From positions 1-39,853 of the forward strand of contig CALPWM020000001.1 in assembly GCA_943327275.2 (NCBI GenBank): a stretch of 39,853 nt of DNA, in the 5' to 3' direction. Shown piece by piece: positions 37,540-39,853 of the stretch. Position numbers and translations under genes: made by a program. The DNA comes from Chitinophaga pinensis (GTDB lineage: Bacteria; Bacteroidota; Bacteroidia; Chitinophagales; Chitinophagaceae). Below the pieces are notes generated by a model, which did not search any database, had not been told where the DNA came from, and worked only from the letters and a program-made list of their open reading frames with translations. The number at the start of each line of letters is the position of its first letter. The first letter of the stretch is position 1.

Positions 37540-38253
37540 TCACATCGGCACCTCCATCAACAATATTTCCGAGTCATCTTCAGATGAAGTCAAGATGAAT
37601 TCTTCTGTTTCCCAGATGCCCAGCCCATCGCGGTTTGTAATCTCAATGCCATCAAGTTTGAATGATCCTTTGAGGACAAACGCATAGACCCCGTTTCCTG
37701 GCTTTTTTATCGCATATGTTGCAGAAATGCCATTATCAAAAGTTCCCAAATGAAACCAGGCGTCCTGGTGAATCCAGACACCTTCGTCATTGCTGTTGGG
37801 TGAAAGGACCTGTTGGAATTTATTTTTTCTTTCTGCTTCATTCAGTGTGATCTGATCATACCGTGGGCTGACGTTTTTCTTGTTGGGGAAGATCCAGATC
37901 TGAAGGAACTTGACGGGCTCGTTTTCGTTCTTGTTGTATTCGCTGTGGTAGACGCCAGTGCCTGCACTCATCACCTGAATATCTCCCTTTCTGATGACTG
38001 TAGTATTGCCCATGCTGTCCTGGTGTTCCAGGTCTCCCTCCAGCGGGATGCTGATGATTTCCATGTTGTCATGCGGGTGTTTTCCGAACCCCATGCCGCC
38101 GTTCACCCAATCATCGTTCAATACCCTCAATACACCAAAATGCATCCTTTCCGGATTATAATATCCTGCAAAACTGAAGCTGTGAAAGCTTTTCAGCCAG
38201 CCATGGTCGGCTTGTCCCCTGCTGTCTGCTTTGTGTAAAATCGTTTTTGCCAT
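37540..38253 (-). CDS. Pirin family protein (YhhW-like bicupin)
   Basis: RGQADHGWL.SFHSFSF, LRVLNDD, FGKHPHDNMEI, MSAGTGVYHSE, FLQIWI; start MAKTIL at 38253. Confidence 0.94.
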   Translation of the reverse strand: MAKTILHKADSRGQADHGWLKSFHSFSFAGYYNPERMHFGVLRVLNDDWVNGGMGFGKHPHDNMEIISIPLEGDLEHQDSMGNTTVIRKGDIQVMSAGTGVYHSEYNKNENEPVKFLQIWIFPNKKNVSPRYDQITLNEAERKNKFQQVLSPNSNDEGVWIHQDAWFHLGTFDNGISATYAIKKPGNGVYAFVLKGSFKLDGIEITNRDGLGIWETEEFILTSSEDDSEILLMEVPM

Positions 38254-38301
38254 GGCAGCTTTTTTTTGCAAAGTTCGGGTAAGTTGTGGGGAATGCAAAG
38301 T

Positions 38302-38336
38302 GGTTTAAGGGTTGAGGGGTTTAAAGGTTGAGGGGG
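38302..38336 (+). repeat. Short G-rich tandem repeat (8-bp period)
   Basis: GGTTTAAG GGTTGAGG GGTTTAAA GGTTGAGG GGG between divergent pirin and SOUL genes. Confidence 0.6.
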
Positions 38337-38414
38337 AAAAATATGAGAAAACCCAAAATTCAAAATTCTTGAACATGTATTGTGTTGTATGTGTTATAAG
38401 ATGAATACCTTGAC

Positions 38415-39011
38415 ATGAAAAAAATGTTGATCACCCTTTTGGTCATTTTTGTTGTTCTCATCGCACTCCAATCTTTTATGGCCATATCCACTTCAAATGT
38501 TGAAAAGCAGAAATACCGGGTTGTGAAGAAAGAAAGCGGTTTTGAAGTTCGGTTCTATCCTCCTGCCACTTTTGCGACCATCCGGTCATCCGCAAAAAAC
38601 TACAGAGAACTTTCCGGCAGTGGCTTCAGAAAAATCGCCGGTTATATTTTCGGAAACAATGAAGCGTCTGCCAAGATTGCGATGACATCGCCTGTACACA
38701 TGGACATCAATCAGGATGGGTCTTCCATGAGTTTTGTGATGCCATCTGAATATGATATCAAAAGCCTTCCCCGTCCAAACGACGCAAAAGTAGAAATACA
38801 CGAATCCCCCAGTGAATATGCTGCTGCCATTGAATTTGGCGGGTATGCCAATGATGAAACCATCAGCAAATATGCCGAGCAACTCAAAAAATCACTGGAA
38901 GAAAAAGGCATAAAGCCCATCGGCCACTATCGGTACCTTGGATACAATCCGCCCTATCAACTGATTGGAAGAAAAAACGAAGTCATTGTTGCAGTTGAAT
39001 GGAAAGAATAA
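38415..39011 (+). CDS. SOUL family heme-binding protein
   Basis: FEVRFYP, GFRKIAGYIFGNN, KIAMTSPV, MSFVMP, YNPP...RKNEV; N-terminal signal or anchor. Confidence 0.92.
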   Translation: MKKMLITLLVIFVVLIALQSFMAISTSNVEKQKYRVVKKESGFEVRFYPPATFATIRSSAKNYRELSGSGFRKIAGYIFGNNEASAKIAMTSPVHMDINQDGSSMSFVMPSEYDIKSLPRPNDAKVEIHESPSEYAAAIEFGGYANDETISKYAEQLKKSLEEKGIKPIGHYRYLGYNPPYQLIGRKNEVIVAVEWKE

Positions 39012-39044
39012 GATTCCTCTTTCTATTTTGAATAGTGCTCTGTT

Positions 39045-39200
39045 CTACAAGACTTTCCCACCACGAATGACATTCAGCAAAATGGCTATAATTGCAATGA
39101 TAAGGAGAATGTGAATTATCCCGCCGGCACTGTAGGCAAAAAACCCAATGGCCCATCCCAGAATGAGAATTACAGCTATGACATACAATAGGTTTTTCAT
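39045..39200 (-). CDS. Small membrane protein, lmo0937 family
   Basis: MKNLLYVIAVILILGWAIGF...GGIIHILLIIAIIAILL; 51 aa. Confidence 0.85.
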   Translation of the reverse strand: MKNLLYVIAVILILGWAIGFFAYSAGGIIHILLIIAIIAILLNVIRGGKVL

Positions 39201-39354
39201 GTTTGTTTTTTTAAGATTATCACACAATATACAATCCGTGTCCCCTCTGAAAACTAGTCTAGTTCATTGATTCGGGTGATTGGCATCACAGAAAAACATA
39301 GAGAAGTATAATGTTGTTGTTCATTTTGATGCTTAGGTTTATTTTTGTAAACAG

Positions 39355-39717
39355 ATGAACAACCCAGCAGCACAACAAGAGCGCATTGCCAAAATGAAAT
39401 TTTCATCTGTCTATCCTTTGTACTTCGCAAAAGTGGAGAAGAAAGGCAGGACAAAAGAAGAGCTTGACCAGGTTGTTTCCTGGCTGACCGGATTCGACAA
39501 CAATAAGGTTCAGGAGTTGATCAATGAAGGTGTGAATTTTGAAACCTTTTTCCAGCAGGCAACAATGCATCCCAATGCACACCTCATTACCGGTCTCATC
39601 TGCGGTTATCGCGTGGAAGAAATTGAGCATACACTTACACAGCAGGTTCGCTACCTCGATAAGCTCGTTGATGAACTGGCCAAAGGAAAGAAAATGGAGA
39701 AGATCCTACGCGGCTGA
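39355..39717 (+). CDS. DUF2200 family protein
   Basis: FSSVYPLYFAKVEKKGRTKEE, WLTG, ITGLICGYRVEEI, RYLDKLVDELAKGK. Confidence 0.88.
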   Translation: MNNPAAQQERIAKMKFSSVYPLYFAKVEKKGRTKEELDQVVSWLTGFDNNKVQELINEGVNFETFFQQATMHPNAHLITGLICGYRVEEIEHTLTQQVRYLDKLVDELAKGKKMEKILRG

Positions 39718-39761
39718 TGATGATTCAAAAAATGATTAATATTGTGCTTCAAACACATGCC

Positions 39762-39853
39762 ATGAATCTGGGATCGATCGTAAAATCGAGTTTTTTTGCA
39801 AGTGCCATTTTTAGTTTTATCGGTGCATTCCTTAAAATTACCCATAGGGAAGG
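39762..39853 (+). CDS. Partial hypothetical membrane protein (runs off right edge), GldL-N-terminal-like motif
   Basis: Hand translation MNLGSIVKSSFFASAIFSFIGAFLKITHRE, open to the window end; GAFLKITH resembles the GALFKIxH motif. Start uncertain (in-frame ATG also at 39732). Confidence 0.45.
   Translation, partial: MNLGSIVKSSFFASAIFSFIGAFLKITHRE

Noticed and set aside
1-39853. tRNA, rRNA, riboswitches, IS elements, integrases, prophage or defence genes
   Set aside because: None recognised; intergenic gaps are short except the two explained by oriC and parS. A covariance-model scan was not possible, so small RNAs cannot be excluded.

Overview
A 39.9 kb window from a Bacteroidota chromosome, probably Chitinophagales (inferred from TAnnTTTG promoters and lineage-typical gene families). 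It appears to span the replication-origin region. A DnaA-box cluster with a basal-unwinding-type element (about 12,660-13,130) lies between a PpiD-like gene and a HAD gene, about 4.3 kb past the end of dnaN. Three perfect parS palindromes lie upstream of mnmG. Most genes are housekeeping: recX, dnaN, kdsB, feoB, feoA, selD, mnmH, rho, asnS, nadD, ybeY, mnmG. Two accessory elements stand out. The first is a tandem pair of periplasmic beta-propeller/Y_Y_Y sensors at the left edge; the complete copy ends in a PP2C (SpoIIE/RsbU) phosphatase domain and the truncated copy matches the start of that domain. The second is a compact sulfur module (31.9-36.6 kb): a Crp/Fnr regulator, two YeeE/YedE proteins, a Tat-exported SoxB-like hydrolase and a TsdA-type diheme cytochrome. 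Both of its operons carry a TGTGA-N6-TCAC(A/G) box exactly 21 nt before a -7-like element, and no soxXAYZ is present in the window. No rRNA, tRNA, CRISPR array or mobile element was recognised. All calls come from reading motifs by eye; no database searches were run.
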